From Candidatus Desantisbacteria bacterium (lineage in GTDB: Bacteria; UBA9089; CG2-30-40-21): a stretch of 42,945 bases of DNA. The notes under the pieces are model-generated. The model did not search any database. It was not told the origin of the DNA and saw only the letters and a program-made list of their open reading frames with translations. The stretch's first letter is position 1; each line of letters starts with the position of its first letter. Where the stretch lies: NCBI GenBank assembly GCA_043806395.1, contig JAZDHC010000039.1:1-42945 (forward strand), given 5' to 3'. A program made the translations under genes and the position numbers. This document shows, in pieces, positions 1-11,716 of this stretch.

Positions 1-265
1 GCAGAATTGGGATTTGAAATCAACAAGAAAGTTGAAGGGGGTTGAAATTTCTGGCTCACAAATATGGAGTCTGTCATAAATTCTTCGTTACCGCTTGGGG
101 CGAAAGAGGCCACAGTGGAGTGGGCTCTCTGTTCTTAAGTCTCTGCACCCCCCGCTATTGAGGGCAAGGGGGTGGAATTCTGTACCACAATCACTTACAA
201 TGAATGCGATGAATAGTTGCAATTACAATTCTACTGTCTCGTCAACTCTTAATTGTCGGTAGGCA

Positions 266-385
266 GTAATTCTCATTATGAACCGCAGAGACGCAGAGTC
301 GCAGAGAATTTTATATGTTTCACTCAGCGTTTCTTCTCTGCGTCTCTGCGTCTCTGCGGTGAAAAAATATCAAAATGAGAATTAC
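266..385. repeat. ORF-less long hairpin, CGCAGAG-unit family
   Basis: Arms GTAATTCTCATT..CCGCAGAGACGCAGAGTCGCAGAGAA and TTCTCTGCGTCTCTGCGTCTCTGCGG..AATGAGAATTAC are reverse complements around a ~25-nt loop. It lies 16 nt 3' of the rpoC stop and may double as its terminator. Confidence 0.8.
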
Positions 386-400
386 TACCATTGCGTCAGT

Positions 401-3400
401 TTAAGGTTGTTGAGACACTACACTCTCTTCTTCAACTTCAATTTCAACTTCAATTTCAGGTTCAGTTCCATCTTCTTCTTCATCTTCCACAAAAATCTCA
501 TCATCCTCTGGTTGAACACCTGCCACTGCCACATCAATTCCCCCTTTGAAGGGGGTCAGGGGGATGTCCTCTATTACTTTGTCTCGTTTACACTCAAATT
601 CTACAATTTGATGTGTTTTTAATCCTGTACCAGCAGGAACAAGTCGTCCAATAACCACATTTTCCTTTAATCCACTCAAGTCATCAGACATCCCACAAAT
701 AGCTGCCTCAGTCAGTACCCTTGTTGTTTCCTGGAATGATGCAGCTGAGATAAAGCTATCTGTACCCAAAGAGGCTTTAGTTATACCAAGGAGTATTGGT
801 CGGGATTTAGCTGGTTGACCACCCCTTGCGATTGTAGCAATATTTTTATCTGCGAAAACAAATTTGTCTACTTGTTCACCAAGAAGAAAATCTGTATCAC
901 CATAGTCAAGCACTTCTACCTTGCGAAGCATTTGTCTGATGATAACCTCAATATGTTTATCATTTATATCCACACCCTGAAGCCTGTATACCTCTTGAAC
1001 CTCATTAACCAAATACTCCTGAAGGGCTCTATCCCCTTTAATCCGCAAGATATCATGCGGCTCGATGACACCATCTGTTAATGAATCACCAGCCCGAACA
1101 ATGTCCCCATCATGTACCTTCAGATGCTTACCCAAAGAAATATCATAATCTTTCACATCCCCAGTGGCATCATTAACAATACTAATGGTTCTCTTTCCTT
1201 CGCCTATTTCCTTAAATTTAACCATACCAGCGATTTCTGCCACAATAGCCACATTTTTTGGCTTTCTTGCCTCAAAAAGTTCTGCTACCCTTGGTAGTCC
1301 TCCGGTAATATCCTTTGTTTTTATCAATTCTTGCGGGAACTTAGCCAGAATTTCACCTGCTGAGATTTTAGCCCCGTCATTTACTGCCAATCGTGCTCCA
1401 TTAGGAATAATATAATTGGCAACAGGTACTCCTTCTGCATTTATTACCATTAGTGTCGGTTGAAGTTGTGCTTCCCTGTCTTCCATGATTTCCTTTCGAT
1501 AAAGACCAGTATTAGCATCAAATACTTCACAAAGTGTCCTGTCCGGGACAATCTCCTTGTACCGTATTGTTCCTGAAGTCTCTGACAGAATCAACTCATT
1601 ATACGGATCAAACTCAGCAACCACTGTATTTTTTGGAATAATAGTCCCTATCTTTGGAAATATATGTGTTCCAGTTTTCACTGAAATAGATCTTTCACGG
1701 GCAACAATATAAATCTTTTCATCCCCAATTATCCTGACAATCCCTGATGTAGCTGCAAGCAATGGCTTTGTTTCTTCAGTTTTATCCAGCACGGCAGCAA
1801 TCTTATCTCCAATATTTACCCATACCCCATCAAACACAACCGGAACAAAACCCTCATCAAGATCATATTCCGCCATTATCTTCCTTACAGTCAACTCCCC
1901 CTGCCTATAAGCAACTGAGGAACCATCCTCCAATTGAATAAGCCGTTTTGGCAGATCAACCAACTCTACAGCATAAGAGAACCTGACCTCTCTTTCCTCA
2001 ACCAGACGATAAGCTGTACCACCAATATGGAATGTTCTCATAGTAAGCTGAGTACCTGGCTCTCCAATACTTTGAGCAGCAATAATCCCCACAGCCTCTC
2101 CCATATCAATCAATTTGCCTGTAGCAAGGTTTCGTCCATAACACTTGGCACATACACCCTTTCTTGCCTCACAGGTAAGAACCGTTCTTATCTGTATCCT
2201 TTCAATCTCTGCCTCTTCAATAGACGGAATTGCTGACTCATCAATTTCCTCATTTGCCCTAACAATAACTTCTCCGGTCATAGGATTAATTACATCCTCA
2301 AGCGTTACCCTTCCTAAGACTCTCTCGCCCAACGATTCAATGACCTCATCCCCTTCCATTAATGCCTCAATAGCCACCCCATTCATTGTGCCACAATCAT
2401 TCATGGTAATAATCACATCTTGCGACACATCAACCAACCGACGAGTCAGGTATCCAGCATCAGCTGTTTTTAAGGCAGTATCTGCTAATCCCTTTCTTGC
2501 CCCATGGGTTGAGATAAAATACTCTAATATGGTTAATCCTTCCCGGAAATTGGATGTGATAGGAAGCTCGATTATTTCTCCTGAAGGCTTGGCCATCAAT
2601 CCTCTCATGCCAGCCAGCTGCCTTACCTGTTGTTTACTTCCACGGGCACCGGAATCAATCATCATATAAACAGGATTAAACCCATCCTGATCCCGACGCA
2701 ATTTCTCAAACATGATATTAGAAATCTCTTCACCAGCAGTTGTCCAGAGATCAATTATTTTATTGTATCTCTCTTCATCTGTAATTACACCTAATTGATA
2801 TTGCTCGATTATTTCTTCAACTATCTTTTTGTTTTTTGAAACAATCATTTCCTTTTCATCAGGCACCAGAATATCCGTCATTCCAATAGATACCCCGTAT
2901 TTGGTTGCATACTCAAATCCAGCATCCTTGATTGCATCCAATGCCTTAACCGTCCGATGAATACCATATTTCCGATAGACCTCAGCTATTATATTACTCA
3001 AGAGCTTTTTATCTATCTTTTCATTAACAAAATCCATATCTTCTGGCAGAATTTTATTAAAGACGATCCTTCCAACCGTGGTTTTTATCTTTTGCCCCTT
3101 GATTCTAACCAGAACTATGGCATTTAACTTGATATATCCCTGGTCATAAGCCATAAAAGCCTCATCAGGACATGCAAAGAATTTACCCTCATCCTCTATT
3201 CCTTCCTTTGTCAGGCAATAAATACCAAGCACAATATCCTGAGTTGGGGTAACAATAGGTTTACCATTTGCTGGAGAAAGCAGATTATAGGCAGCCAACA
3301 TCAATACCCTGCATTCAATCTGTGACTCTATTGAAAGTGGTATATGGACAGCCATCTGATCACCATCAAAGTCAGCATTAAATGCTGAGCAGACCAATGG

Positions 3401-4798
3401 ATGTATCTTGAGGGCATCACCTTCAACTAAGACAGGCTCAAATGACTGAATACCTGCCCGATGAAGTGTTGGGGCACGATTTAACATGATGGGATGACCA
3501 GCAATAACCTTTTCTAAGATGTCCCATACCTCAACCCTTTCCTTTTCAACCATTCTTTTAGCATTTTTGATATTATGGGCAAAGCCATTTGCTACTAATT
3601 GCCTCATAATAAATGGCTTAAATAATTCTAACGCCATCTTTTTCGGCAATCCGCACTGATGAAGATTCAAGGTAGGATCAACCACAATCACAGACCGTCC
3701 AGAATAATCTACTCGTTTACCAAGAAGATTTTGTCTAAATCTTCCCTGTTTACCCTTAAGCATATCAGACAAAGACTTTAATGGCCTATTCCCTGATCCT
3801 CTTACCGGTCTGCCCCGTCGGCCATTATCAAAGAGGGCATCCACTGCCTCCTGAAGCATTCTTTTTTCGTTACGAATAATGATCTCTGGCGCCCTTAGCT
3901 CCATTAATCGCTCTAATCTATTATTTCTATTAATTACCCTGCGGTACAAATCATTTAAGTCTGATGTTGCAAACCGTCCACCATCTAATTGGACCATTGG
4001 CCTGAGTTCTGGTGGAATAATCGGGATAACATCTAAAACCATATACTCTGGCTTATTTTCTGAATGACAAAACGCCTCCATAATCTCCAGCCGCTTGACA
4101 ATTCGTTTGCGTTTCTGCATGGAGGTTTCATCTCTCATCCCCTTTCTCAACTCTTTGGCGGATGCGTCTACATCAATCCTCTTTAATAATTCCTTGATAG
4201 CCTCAGCACCCATACCTACCTTAAATTTATCTCCATACTTTTCACGGTAACCTCGATATTCATCCTCAGTAAGCACATCTCGTTCTGCCAGAGGGGTATT
4301 GCCTGGATCCATAACAATATAACCCTCAAAATAAAGAACTAATTCTAAGTTCTTTACAGTAACATCTAACAATAGTGCCATTTGAGATGGAACCCTCTTA
4401 AAATACCATATATGTGAAACAGGACAGACCAATTCAATATGTCCCATCCGATGTCTCCGCACCTCAGAGCGGGTAACCTCTACCCCACATCTATCACAAA
4501 TTACACCCTTATATCGAATACTCTTATACTTGCCGCAAAAACATTCCCAGTCCTTGGTCGGTCCAAATATCTTCTCACAAAAAAGCCCATCCCTTTCTGG
4601 TCTAAAGGTTCTATAATTGATTGTTTCCGGCTTCTTTACCTTGCCATGTGACCATGACTTGATATTGTCAGGGGATGCCAACCCAATGGCTATAGAAGAA
4701 AAATTCATCATTCCTTCGCTGCTTTTTTGTTCAAACAAAGAGTCAAAGGTAACCTTTTGTTTTTTTTCAGGTATATTAAATGATTCAACTGGTTCCAA
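401..4798 (-). CDS. rpoC: DNA-directed RNA polymerase subunit beta'
   Basis: 1465-aa ORF with the NADFDGDQM catalytic loop, N-terminal Cys-rich zinc motif, trigger-loop MRTFHIGG and a large SI3-like insertion. TTG start at 4798 with AGGAGG 7 nt upstream. Follows rpoB. Confidence 0.98.
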   Translation of the reverse strand: MEPVESFNIPEKKQKVTFDSLFEQKSSEGMMNFSSIAIGLASPDNIKSWSHGKVKKPETINYRTFRPERDGLFCEKIFGPTKDWECFCGKYKSIRYKGVICDRCGVEVTRSEVRRHRMGHIELVCPVSHIWYFKRVPSQMALLLDVTVKNLELVLYFEGYIVMDPGNTPLAERDVLTEDEYRGYREKYGDKFKVGMGAEAIKELLKRIDVDASAKELRKGMRDETSMQKRKRIVKRLEIMEAFCHSENKPEYMVLDVIPIIPPELRPMVQLDGGRFATSDLNDLYRRVINRNNRLERLMELRAPEIIIRNEKRMLQEAVDALFDNGRRGRPVRGSGNRPLKSLSDMLKGKQGRFRQNLLGKRVDYSGRSVIVVDPTLNLHQCGLPKKMALELFKPFIMRQLVANGFAHNIKNAKRMVEKERVEVWDILEKVIAGHPIMLNRAPTLHRAGIQSFEPVLVEGDALKIHPLVCSAFNADFDGDQMAVHIPLSIESQIECRVLMLAAYNLLSPANGKPIVTPTQDIVLGIYCLTKEGIEDEGKFFACPDEAFMAYDQGYIKLNAIVLVRIKGQKIKTTVGRIVFNKILPEDMDFVNEKIDKKLLSNIIAEVYRKYGIHRTVKALDAIKDAGFEYATKYGVSIGMTDILVPDEKEMIVSKNKKIVEEIIEQYQLGVITDEERYNKIIDLWTTAGEEISNIMFEKLRRDQDGFNPVYMMIDSGARGSKQQVRQLAGMRGLMAKPSGEIIELPITSNFREGLTILEYFISTHGARKGLADTALKTADAGYLTRRLVDVSQDVIITMNDCGTMNGVAIEALMEGDEVIESLGERVLGRVTLEDVINPMTGEVIVRANEEIDESAIPSIEEAEIERIQIRTVLTCEARKGVCAKCYGRNLATGKLIDMGEAVGIIAAQSIGEPGTQLTMRTFHIGGTAYRLVEEREVRFSYAVELVDLPKRLIQLEDGSSVAYRQGELTVRKIMAEYDLDEGFVPVVFDGVWVNIGDKIAAVLDKTEETKPLLAATSGIVRIIGDEKIYIVARERSISVKTGTHIFPKIGTIIPKNTVVAEFDPYNELILSETSGTIRYKEIVPDRTLCEVFDANTGLYRKEIMEDREAQLQPTLMVINAEGVPVANYIIPNGARLAVNDGAKISAGEILAKFPQELIKTKDITGGLPRVAELFEARKPKNVAIVAEIAGMVKFKEIGEGKRTISIVNDATGDVKDYDISLGKHLKVHDGDIVRAGDSLTDGVIEPHDILRIKGDRALQEYLVNEVQEVYRLQGVDINDKHIEVIIRQMLRKVEVLDYGDTDFLLGEQVDKFVFADKNIATIARGGQPAKSRPILLGITKASLGTDSFISAASFQETTRVLTEAAICGMSDDLSGLKENVVIGRLVPAGTGLKTHQIVEFECKRDKVIEDIPLTPFKGGIDVAVAGVQPEDDEIFVEDEEEDGTEPEIEVEIEVEEESVVSQQP
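537..566 (+). repeat. CCCCC/GGGGG hairpin repeat copy embedded in the rpoC 3' coding region
   Basis: ATTCCCCCTTTGAAGGGGGTCAGGGGGATG closely matches the intergenic copies at 29853-29884 and 42871-42900 in the same orientation. Translated as ..PLTPFKGGI.. in the beta' tail. Confidence 0.7.
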
Positions 4799-4822
4799 TC
4801 TCGTGCCTCCTAATAATTGTAA

Positions 4823-4874
4823 GCATTCAGCTATCAGTTTTCAGCTGACAGTTTCCTGACTGACTGCTGATTGC
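4823..4874. repeat. Short low-complexity hairpin in the rpoB-rpoC spacer
   Basis: GCATTCAGC ... GCTGATTGC imperfect inverted repeat enclosing TCAGCTGA-type units. Related CATTCAGC/CAGTTGACAG words recur at 8432-8590. Confidence 0.45.
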
Positions 4875-4879
4875 TTCCC

Positions 4880-7800
4880 TTATATCATATCTGCCAAATC
4901 ATGCATCTCTCTATCTCGCAATATTTTATCTGTTTCCTGTGAGCGTCTTGTTTCTATCATGTTACTTATTTCTAACACCCTATTCTTCTCATCCAATATC
5001 TTCACATCCAGACACAACCCTTGAAGCTCATGAACAAGTACATTGAATGATTCGGGAACACCAGGATTAGATGCATTTTCACCCTTAACAATTGACTCAT
5101 ATATCTTTGCCCGACCCATAATATCGTCTGATTTAACTGTCAGAAACTCCTGCAGGACATGGGAAGCACCATAAGCCTCAAGTGCCCATACCTCCATTTC
5201 ACCAAGCCGTTGTCCACCAAATTGAGCCTTTCCTCCAAGCGGCTGTTGGGTAACCAATGAATATGGACCGATAGAACGGGCATGAATCTTATCTTCTACC
5301 AAATGAGCTAATTTAAGGATATAAATATATCCAACCGTCACCTTTTGCTCAAATCTTTCCCCTGTTTTTCCATCATAAAGTGGCATCTTCCCATCTGCAG
5401 GAAGTCCAGCCCTGACCAATTCTTGTGCAATCTCAGCCTCAGTAGCCCCATCAAACACAGGACATGCATATTTTACCCCCAACTTATTAGCTGCCCAACC
5501 AAGGTGTGTTTCTAATACCTGTCCAATATTCATTCGTGACGGCACAGAAAGGGAGTTTAATATCATATCAACCGGTGTACCATCCTCCATGTACGGCATC
5601 TCTGCCTCTGGAACAATCCTGGCTATAACACCCTTGTTTCCATGTCTTCCTGCCATTTTATCCCCAACAGTAATCTTCCGTTTATTTGCCACATAAACCT
5701 TTACCAATTCATCCACGCCAGCCGGCAAATCATCGCCACTTTTTGCTGAAAAATACTTAACATCAATAACAATCCCTTCATTTCCATAAGGCATCCGTAG
5801 TGATGAATCCCTAACCTCTCGAATCTTTTCGCCAAAGATAGAATGAAGCAATTTATACTCAGGGGTAAGCTCTGTTTCTCCCTTTGGTGTAATCTTTCCT
5901 ACTAAGATATCACCGGACTTAACAAAAGCACCAATCCTGATAATACCATCCTTATCAAGGTCTTTCATCGCCTCATCCCCAAGGTTAGGAATGTCACGGG
6001 TAATTGTCTCAGGTCCAAGCTGGGTATCCCTTGCCTCAACCTCAAACCTTTCAATGTGAATAGAGGTGAAAACATCATCCCTGATAAGTCTTTCAGAGAG
6101 AATGATAGCATCCTCAAAGTTATAACCATTCCATGGCATAAACGCCACCAGAACATCCTTACCCAAGGCAAGTTCTCCACCCTGCGTACCGGTTCCCTCA
6201 CTGAGCGGCTGCCCTTTTGTAACCCTATCCCCTTTCTTGACAATGGATCTTTGATGAAGGCATGTAGCTTGATTAGATCGCTTAAACTTTGTCAGATTAT
6301 AATGATACTCCTTGCCATCATCACCTGACAGGATAATCTTTGTAGCTACAGCACGGCTGATTACCCCATCAACATCAGCAAAGGCAACTATTCCTGAATC
6401 TCGAGCTACATAATACTCCATCCCGGTACCTACCAATGGTGATTGGGTATAAAGAAGTGGAACCGCCTGTCGTTGCATATTTGAACCCATCAGTGCCCGA
6501 TTAGCATCATCATGCTCTAAGAATGGAATCATTGCCGTTGAAACACTGATTATCTGCTTTAGTGCTGCCCCGGCATAATTAACCTGAGCAGGTGGAACAA
6601 GGGGAAAATCATCCTTGAATCGAGATGGGACTACCTCACCCAGCAGTTTTCCATTTTCATCTGTAGGAAGACCTGCCTGAGCAATAATACATTTTGTTTC
6701 TTTATCTGCTGAAAGATATTCTAATTCATTGGTTATCACACCATCAACCACCTTGCGGTAAGGGGTTTCAATAAATCCATACTTATTTATTTTACCATAA
6801 ATAGCCATAGATACAATCAATCCAATGTTTGGACCTTCTGGTGTTTCAATTGGACATATTCTTCCAAAATGGGAATAATGCACATCACGAACCTCAAACC
6901 CAGCCCGTTCCTTAGATAACCCACCCTGTCCAAGGGCAGAAAGCCTGCGTTTATGGGTTAATTCAGCTAGTGGATTGGTTTGATCCATGAATTGTGAAAG
7001 TTGGTTTGAGCCAAAGAACTCATTTATAGATGCAGTAACAGGCTTTATATTCATAACCGACTGAGGGGTCATGGTCTCAATATCCTGTATGGTCATTCTT
7101 TCCTTAATGCTTTTCTCTAATCTGGAAAACCCAATGCGAAGCTGATCCTGCAATAATTCACCTACAGGTCGAACGCGTCTATTCCCAAGATGATCAATAT
7201 CATCAATCTCTCCCTCTTTTAACACAATCTTTATGAGGTATTTAAGGGCTTCAATAATATCCTCATGGGTCAATATCCATTGATCTAAAGGAATATTCAG
7301 GTTTAACTTTTGATTTATCTTGTATCTTCCTATTTCAGACAAGTCATATCTTTCCGGGTCAAACAGCAACTTTTCAAAAGCCTGCTTGGCATTATCCTGG
7401 GTTGGCGGCTCACCTGGCCGAAGCACTGCATACAACCTGAGTAAGGCATCATCTGTTGACACACTGTTATCTTTTTCCATGGTATTTAAGAGGATTGTTG
7501 CCTCTATAGACAGAGCCTTAACCTCAACTACCCCTGCCTCCTGTAATTGCTCAATAACAGCCCTGGTTATCCTTGTCCCAATGGGAAAAACAGTGGATCC
7601 AAATTTTAGCTGCTCTACTAATCTCATTTCAAGTAATTTTTCATCTACAGGCAAGGCTTTTATATCAGGATAGAATAATTTGATGATCTCATCTGTTGTT
7701 GAGTATCCCATAGCTTTAAGTAAAATTGTAGCAGGTAATTTTCTCTTCCGTCCCAATCGGACATTAATAACATTATTAGAATCAATTTCAAACTCTACCC

Positions 7801-8311
7801 ATGCCCCACGATAGGGAATAAGTCGGCATGAATATAACTTTTCTTGAGAATCATAGGAAAATAGTATACCAGGGGATCTATGCAACTGGCTGACAATAAC
7901 CCTTTCTGCCCCATTGATGATAAAGGTACCCCTTTTTGTCATCAATGGCATATCCCGCATAAAAACCTCTTGCTCCCGTATCTCACCAGACTGACGATTT
8001 ACCAGACGCAATTTTACCCTTAACGGCACACCATAGGTTACATCCCTATCCCGGCATTCTTCTTCTGTATATTTTGCTTCTCCAAGTGTATAGCTGATAA
8101 ACTCTAAAACTACACGATTATTAAAATCAGCAATAGGAAATGTTTCTGAAAACACCTGCTGTAGTCCTTGCGACTTGCGTTTATTTGAATCAACATGTTG
8201 CTGCAAAAACCATTCATAAGAATCTTCCTGAATGGCAATAAGTGGGGGGATATCAACCACCTCTTTATACTTAGCAAAAGATAAACGAGGGGTTTTCAAC
8301 ATTTCCTCCAT
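4880..8311 (-). CDS. rpoB: DNA-directed RNA polymerase subunit beta
   Basis: Beta-subunit motifs (e.g. [22 protein letters not shown]). Preferred start is ATG at 8311 ([12 protein letters not shown]..) with GGAGG 9 nt upstream. The track start at 8431 adds 40 aa read through REP-like repeats. Confidence 0.96.
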   Translation of the reverse strand: MEEMLKTPRLSFAKYKEVVDIPPLIAIQEDSYEWFLQQHVDSNKRKSQGLQQVFSETFPIADFNNRVVLEFISYTLGEAKYTEEECRDRDVTYGVPLRVKLRLVNRQSGEIREQEVFMRDMPLMTKRGTFIINGAERVIVSQLHRSPGILFSYDSQEKLYSCRLIPYRGAWVEFEIDSNNVINVRLGRKRKLPATILLKAMGYSTTDEIIKLFYPDIKALPVDEKLLEMRLVEQLKFGSTVFPIGTRITRAVIEQLQEAGVVEVKALSIEATILLNTMEKDNSVSTDDALLRLYAVLRPGEPPTQDNAKQAFEKLLFDPERYDLSEIGRYKINQKLNLNIPLDQWILTHEDIIEALKYLIKIVLKEGEIDDIDHLGNRRVRPVGELLQDQLRIGFSRLEKSIKERMTIQDIETMTPQSVMNIKPVTASINEFFGSNQLSQFMDQTNPLAELTHKRRLSALGQGGLSKERAGFEVRDVHYSHFGRICPIETPEGPNIGLIVSMAIYGKINKYGFIETPYRKVVDGVITNELEYLSADKETKCIIAQAGLPTDENGKLLGEVVPSRFKDDFPLVPPAQVNYAGAALKQIISVSTAMIPFLEHDDANRALMGSNMQRQAVPLLYTQSPLVGTGMEYYVARDSGIVAFADVDGVISRAVATKIILSGDDGKEYHYNLTKFKRSNQATCLHQRSIVKKGDRVTKGQPLSEGTGTQGGELALGKDVLVAFMPWNGYNFEDAIILSERLIRDDVFTSIHIERFEVEARDTQLGPETITRDIPNLGDEAMKDLDKDGIIRIGAFVKSGDILVGKITPKGETELTPEYKLLHSIFGEKIREVRDSSLRMPYGNEGIVIDVKYFSAKSGDDLPAGVDELVKVYVANKRKITVGDKMAGRHGNKGVIARIVPEAEMPYMEDGTPVDMILNSLSVPSRMNIGQVLETHLGWAANKLGVKYACPVFDGATEAEIAQELVRAGLPADGKMPLYDGKTGERFEQKVTVGYIYILKLAHLVEDKIHARSIGPYSLVTQQPLGGKAQFGGQRLGEMEVWALEAYGASHVLQEFLTVKSDDIMGRAKIYESIVKGENASNPGVPESFNVLVHELQGLCLDVKILDEKNRVLEISNMIETRRSQETDKILRDREMHDLADMI

Positions 8312-8332
8312 ATAATTCTGCCTCCATTTGTC

Positions 8333-8420
8333 TGTAGGAGCAATCCTGCCAGAGGTGCTACCTCCTTGCGATTGCCCTTCTGTTTCTGTAGGGGCAATCC
8401 CTTGCGGTTGCCCTTCTGTA
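8333..8420. repeat. Two tandem REP-like units (GTAGGGGCAATCCCTTGCGGTTGCCC type)
   Basis: TGTAGGAGCAATCC..TTGCGATTGCCCTTCTGT followed by TGTAGGGGCAATCCCTTGCGGTTGCCCTTCTGT. Same GTAGGGNC..GNCCC family as 13291-13382, 19619-19679 and 41201-41239. Confidence 0.7.
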
Positions 8421-8593
8421 TTTGTAAGCATTCAATTAACAGCATTCAGCCAAAACCAGAAAACGAGCCTGCCTGTCCCGTCTTGGACAGTAGAGTAGGA
8501 TAGATACGCACAGACAGTCGTTTATAACAAAACTTGCGTCTTACTTTTCCTTGCCTTAGCTGACAACTGTCAACTGAATGTTTTCGCTGACAA

Positions 8594-8626
8594 TTTCAGG
8601 GCATAAGAATACCTCATGCCCTGAAA
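8594..8626 (-). terminator. Stem-loop in the rplL-rpoB spacer (candidate attenuator)
   Basis: TTTCAGGGCAT / ATGCCCTGAAA 11-bp stem with an 11-nt loop, 43 nt after the rplL stop. The U-tract on the minus strand is weak, so at most a partial terminator. Confidence 0.35.
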
Positions 8627-8668
8627 ATTTTCCAAATTTTGTATGATTTAATTGGTGATTAAGTACAA

Positions 8669-9061
8669 TTACTTAATCTCTACAGTAGCCCCAACCTCTT
8701 CCAACTTTTTCTTTATCTCGGCAGCCTCTTCCTTTGTTATCCCCTTCTTAATCTCTGAGGGAGCACCATCTACCAGATCCTTAGCCTCTTTTAAGCCAAG
8801 GCTGGTAATAGTACGGATTTCTTTAATCACCTGTATCTTGTTTGAACCAAATGAAACAAGAATAACATCAAACTCTGTCTTCTCTTCTTCTTCCTGAGCC
8901 GGAGCAGCTGCACCAGCAGCCATTGGCATCATCCCCATACCCATAGGCATAGCAGCTGAAACACCAAACTTTTCTTCCAATGATTTTACCAATTCAGACA
9001 ATTCCAGAACATTCAAACCAGAGATAGCCTCTATTATCTCTTCTTTTGTTGCAATAGCCAT
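8669..9061 (-). CDS. rplL: 50S ribosomal protein L7/L12
   Basis: 130 aa with the Ala/Met/Pro-rich hinge and conserved C-terminal domain (..[36 protein letters not shown]). Position between rplJ and rpoB. Confidence 0.97.
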   Translation of the reverse strand: MAIATKEEIIEAISGLNVLELSELVKSLEEKFGVSAAMPMGMGMMPMAAGAAAPAQEEEEKTEFDVILVSFGSNKIQVIKEIRTITSLGLKEAKDLVDGAPSEIKKGITKEEAAEIKKKLEEVGATVEIK

Positions 9062-9106
9062 CTTCCAAACACCTCCATTTACTACAATTCTATATCAGGA
9101 CATATA

Positions 9107-9637
9107 TTATCCTTTTTTTTCTTCAATAGCCTTTAACACACAAACCAAATCTCTCATAGGTGCAGCCAGTACCCTTACCAATCCAGAAAGAGGAGACTGG
9201 ATAACGCCAACCACCTGAGCAAGAAGAACATCTTTGGAAGGCAGTTTAATAATTTCTTTCACATCACTGCTTGTCAATACCGTACCATCTTCAAGCATTC
9301 CTGCCTTGATCTCAAGCTTTTTTGCCTCTTTCATAAAGGCTAATAAGATATTAATAGGGGCTACCAAATCCTTATAACCAATAACCATGGCTGTTGGACC
9401 TGTTAGAAAATCCTTAATAGGAGAGGAATCATTCTCTGTTGTGGCTCTTAATATTTGATTATTCTTGTAAATTAGATACTCTGCCCCGCATTCTCTTAAT
9501 TTTTTTCGCAAGGCAGTGATTTCAAAAACTGTTATTCCTCGATAATCAGTAAGGATAATCACTTTACTATCTTGTATCTTCTTTCGTAATAATTCAACTT
9601 TTTCTGCTTTTTGTTGTTGTGCTATTCGCATTCTCAT
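9107..9637 (-). CDS. rplJ: 50S ribosomal protein L10
   Basis: 176 aa, L10-like N-terminus (..KAEKVELLRKKIQDSKVIILTDYRGITV). AGGAG lies 3 nt before ATG 9637 and 9 nt before the in-frame ATG at 9631, so the start may be 9631. Confidence 0.9.
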   Translation of the reverse strand: MRMRIAQQQKAEKVELLRKKIQDSKVIILTDYRGITVFEITALRKKLRECGAEYLIYKNNQILRATTENDSSPIKDFLTGPTAMVIGYKDLVAPINILLAFMKEAKKLEIKAGMLEDGTVLTSSDVKEIIKLPSKDVLLAQVVGVIQSPLSGLVRVLAAPMRDLVCVLKAIEEKKG

Positions 9638-9646
9638 TTACTCCTA

Positions 9647-10354
9647 TTATTCTTCCACTATCTTCTTAGCTACTCTTGCATCAATTTTTATGCCTGGCCC
9701 CATAGTGGTTGAAATATCTATACCACGGACATATTGCCCCTTAACTGTTTGTGGTTTTGCCTTAAGGATAGCCATAAAGAAAGCCTTAAAGTTGTCATGA
9801 AGTTTATCCATAGCAAAGGAAACCTTTCCAATGGATGAATGAACTATACCAAAGCTATCACACCTGAATTCTACCTTTCCATTTCTTACTTCATTGACAG
9901 CCTTTGCTATATCCATGGTTACAGTACCTGATTTAGGATTTGGCATTAATCCACGGGGTCCAAGAACCTTGCCTAATTGTCCAACATCCTTCATCATATC
10001 AGGGGTAGCAATAGAAACATCAAAATCTAAAAAGCCTTCCTTTATCTTATCAATCAAATCCTTTTCCCCAACGATGTCAGCCCCTGCCTGTTCTGCTTCA
10101 AGAGCCTTTTCACCCTTAGCAAAAACAGCAATCCTTATCTTTTTTCCAGTACCATGCGGAAGCACCACCGTACTTCGCACCTGTTGGTCCGCATGCTTTG
10201 GATTTACCCCAAGCTTTATGGATACATCAACACTCTCATCAAACTTTACAAATGATGTTGCCTTTGCCAATTCAAGTGCTTCATCAACCTCATACGACTT
10301 GGTTTTATCAATCAAACCCATTGCTTGACCAAATTTCTTACTTATCTTAGACAT
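9647..10354 (-). CDS. rplA: 50S ribosomal protein L1
   Basis: L1-like sequence (..[30 protein letters not shown]..). Preferred ATG at 10354 (MSKISKKF..) with GAAGGTG 6 nt upstream. The track GTG at 10363 is part of that SD. Confidence 0.93.
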   Translation of the reverse strand: MSKISKKFGQAMGLIDKTKSYEVDEALELAKATSFVKFDESVDVSIKLGVNPKHADQQVRSTVVLPHGTGKKIRIAVFAKGEKALEAEQAGADIVGEKDLIDKIKEGFLDFDVSIATPDMMKDVGQLGKVLGPRGLMPNPKSGTVTMDIAKAVNEVRNGKVEFRCDSFGIVHSSIGKVSFAMDKLHDNFKAFFMAILKAKPQTVKGQYVRGIDISTTMGPGIKIDARVAKKIVEE

Positions 10355-10390
10355 AACATTCACCTTCTTTTAGGAACATATAAAAGGCAA

Positions 10391-10463
10391 TTAGACTGTA
10401 GACTGTCAGGCTGTAGGTAAAGACGAATAACCTATAGCCTATAGCCTATAGCCTATAGCCTAA
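10391..10463. repeat. Hairpin with heptamer-unit arms (GCTGTAG / CCTATAG x4) between rplK and rplA
   Basis: TTAGACTGTAGACTGTCAGGCTGTAGG .. loop .. CCTATAGCCTATAGCCTATAGCCTATAGCCTAA. The arms are imperfect reverse complements, and the right arm is a 4-unit tandem heptamer. Confidence 0.75.
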
Positions 10464-10464
10464 A

Positions 10465-10896
10465 TCAATACACCACATCAATCCCCATGCTTCTGGCAGT
10501 ACCTATAATTTGTCTTGTAGCTGCTTCAACATCATTTGCATTAAGATCTGGCATTTTTGTTTTTGCTATTTCTCGAACCTTATCAATTGCTATCTTAGCC
10601 ACTTTTTGCTTATTTGGCACACTAGAACCCTTTGCCACACCAACTGCTTTAGCCAGTAGAACAGCAGCAGGCGGAGTTTTGAGAATAAAGGTATATGATC
10701 TATCATCATATACCGTAATCACTACCGGCAGAATCAACCCTTCCTGATTTGCTGTTTTAGCATTAAAAGCCTTGCAGAACTCCATGATATTGACCCCTGC
10801 CTGTCCTAAAGCAGGACCAACAGGTGGAGCCGGATTTGCTCTGGCACCAGGGATTTGCAATTTTATTATCTTTTTAATATTCTTTTTCTTTGCCAT
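10465..10896 (-). CDS. rplK: 50S ribosomal protein L11
   Basis: 143 aa, ..[36 protein letters not shown].. is the canonical L11 N-terminal domain. Confidence 0.97.
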   Translation of the reverse strand: MAKKKNIKKIIKLQIPGARANPAPPVGPALGQAGVNIMEFCKAFNAKTANQEGLILPVVITVYDDRSYTFILKTPPAAVLLAKAVGVAKGSSVPNKQKVAKIAIDKVREIAKTKMPDLNANDVEAATRQIIGTARSMGIDVVY

Positions 10897-10913
10897 TTTC
10901 CCATCCTTTAGAA

Positions 10914-11438
10914 TTACACCTTTTCTACTTGATAAAATTCAACCTCAACAGGGGTAGCCCTACCAAGGATATTCATCATTATCCGCAATTTTGCATGTTT
11001 TGCGTCTATCTCACCCACTGTCCCAATAAAGTCCTTAAATGGACCATCAATTATCCTGACTGGCTCATCTTTCTGGAATTGTATACGAGGTTTGAGCCTT
11101 GGAGCACCAGCAGAAATCTGTTTCAAGATAGCATCTACCTCTGCCTGAGCCAAGGGGTAAGGTTTGTTTTTGTCACCCACAAACCCAAAAATTCCTGGTG
11201 TATGCTTAATCACATACCATGTATCATCTGACATCTCCATCTCTATCAGTATATAACCAGGAAAAAATTTCTTGGCTACAGTTTTCTTTTTCCCACCCTT
11301 TACCTCTGTAACTTCTATGGTAGGAATAACTATCTGAGAGACCTTGTCAGATAAATTCATAGCTTCAAGCCTATTTTCCAGATTAAGCTTTACCTTATTT
11401 TCATATCCTGAATATGTATGAATTACATACCATTCCAT
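10914..11438 (-). CDS. nusG: Transcription termination/antitermination factor NusG
   Basis: [16 protein letters not shown].. NGN domain and a KOW motif (..[15 protein letters not shown]..). Preferred ATG at 11438; the track TTG at 11453 adds 5 aa and overlaps secE. Confidence 0.93.
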   Translation of the reverse strand: MEWYVIHTYSGYENKVKLNLENRLEAMNLSDKVSQIVIPTIEVTEVKGGKKKTVAKKFFPGYILIEMEMSDDTWYVIKHTPGIFGFVGDKNKPYPLAQAEVDAILKQISAGAPRLKPRIQFQKDEPVRIIDGPFKDFIGTVGEIDAKHAKLRIMMNILGRATPVEVEFYQVEKV

Positions 11439-11442
11439 ATTT

Positions 11443-11664
11443 TTATCTTCCAATTACAAAATTTAATAAAGCAATAAAAACCCAGTCAACGAGTCCAATA
11501 TAGGTAGTAATTATTGCTACACAAACGATTACTACCCCTGTTGCTCCCAGAATAACCTTTTTTGTAGGCCAAGAAACTTTGCCATTTTTAGGAGAAACTT
11601 CGACCCAAACTTCTCTTAAAAATTTTTTGGCTTTATTATGAATTTCTATTATTTGCTGTTTCAT
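11443..11664 (-). CDS. secE: Preprotein translocase subunit SecE
   Basis: 73 aa with a basic N-terminus plus a single C-terminal TM helix. Canonical position directly upstream of nusG. Confidence 0.85.
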   Translation of the reverse strand: MKQQIIEIHNKAKKFLREVWVEVSPKNGKVSWPTKKVILGATGVVIVCVAIITTYIGLVDWVFIALLNFVIGR

Positions 11665-11716
11665 CTTTTTCCTACGCTTCCAGAGACTTTATACACTAAC
11701 ACCTTAGACTATCGGA

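Noticed and set aside
278-622. 114-aa plus-strand ORF spanning the rpoC 3' end
   Set aside because: It reads through the CGCAGAG hairpin and the antisense of the rpoC tail (..FNFNFNFNF..), so it is a repeat artefact.
815-4859. Numerous plus-strand ORFs (61-174 aa) antisense to rpoC, and similar ones antisense to rpoB, rplA, rplK, nusG, the kinase, the 1000-aa gene, the pilins, hslU and the radical SAM genes
   Set aside because: They are fully embedded opposite strongly supported conserved genes, with low-complexity or odd composition and no SD sites. They are typical shadow ORFs of an AT-rich genome.
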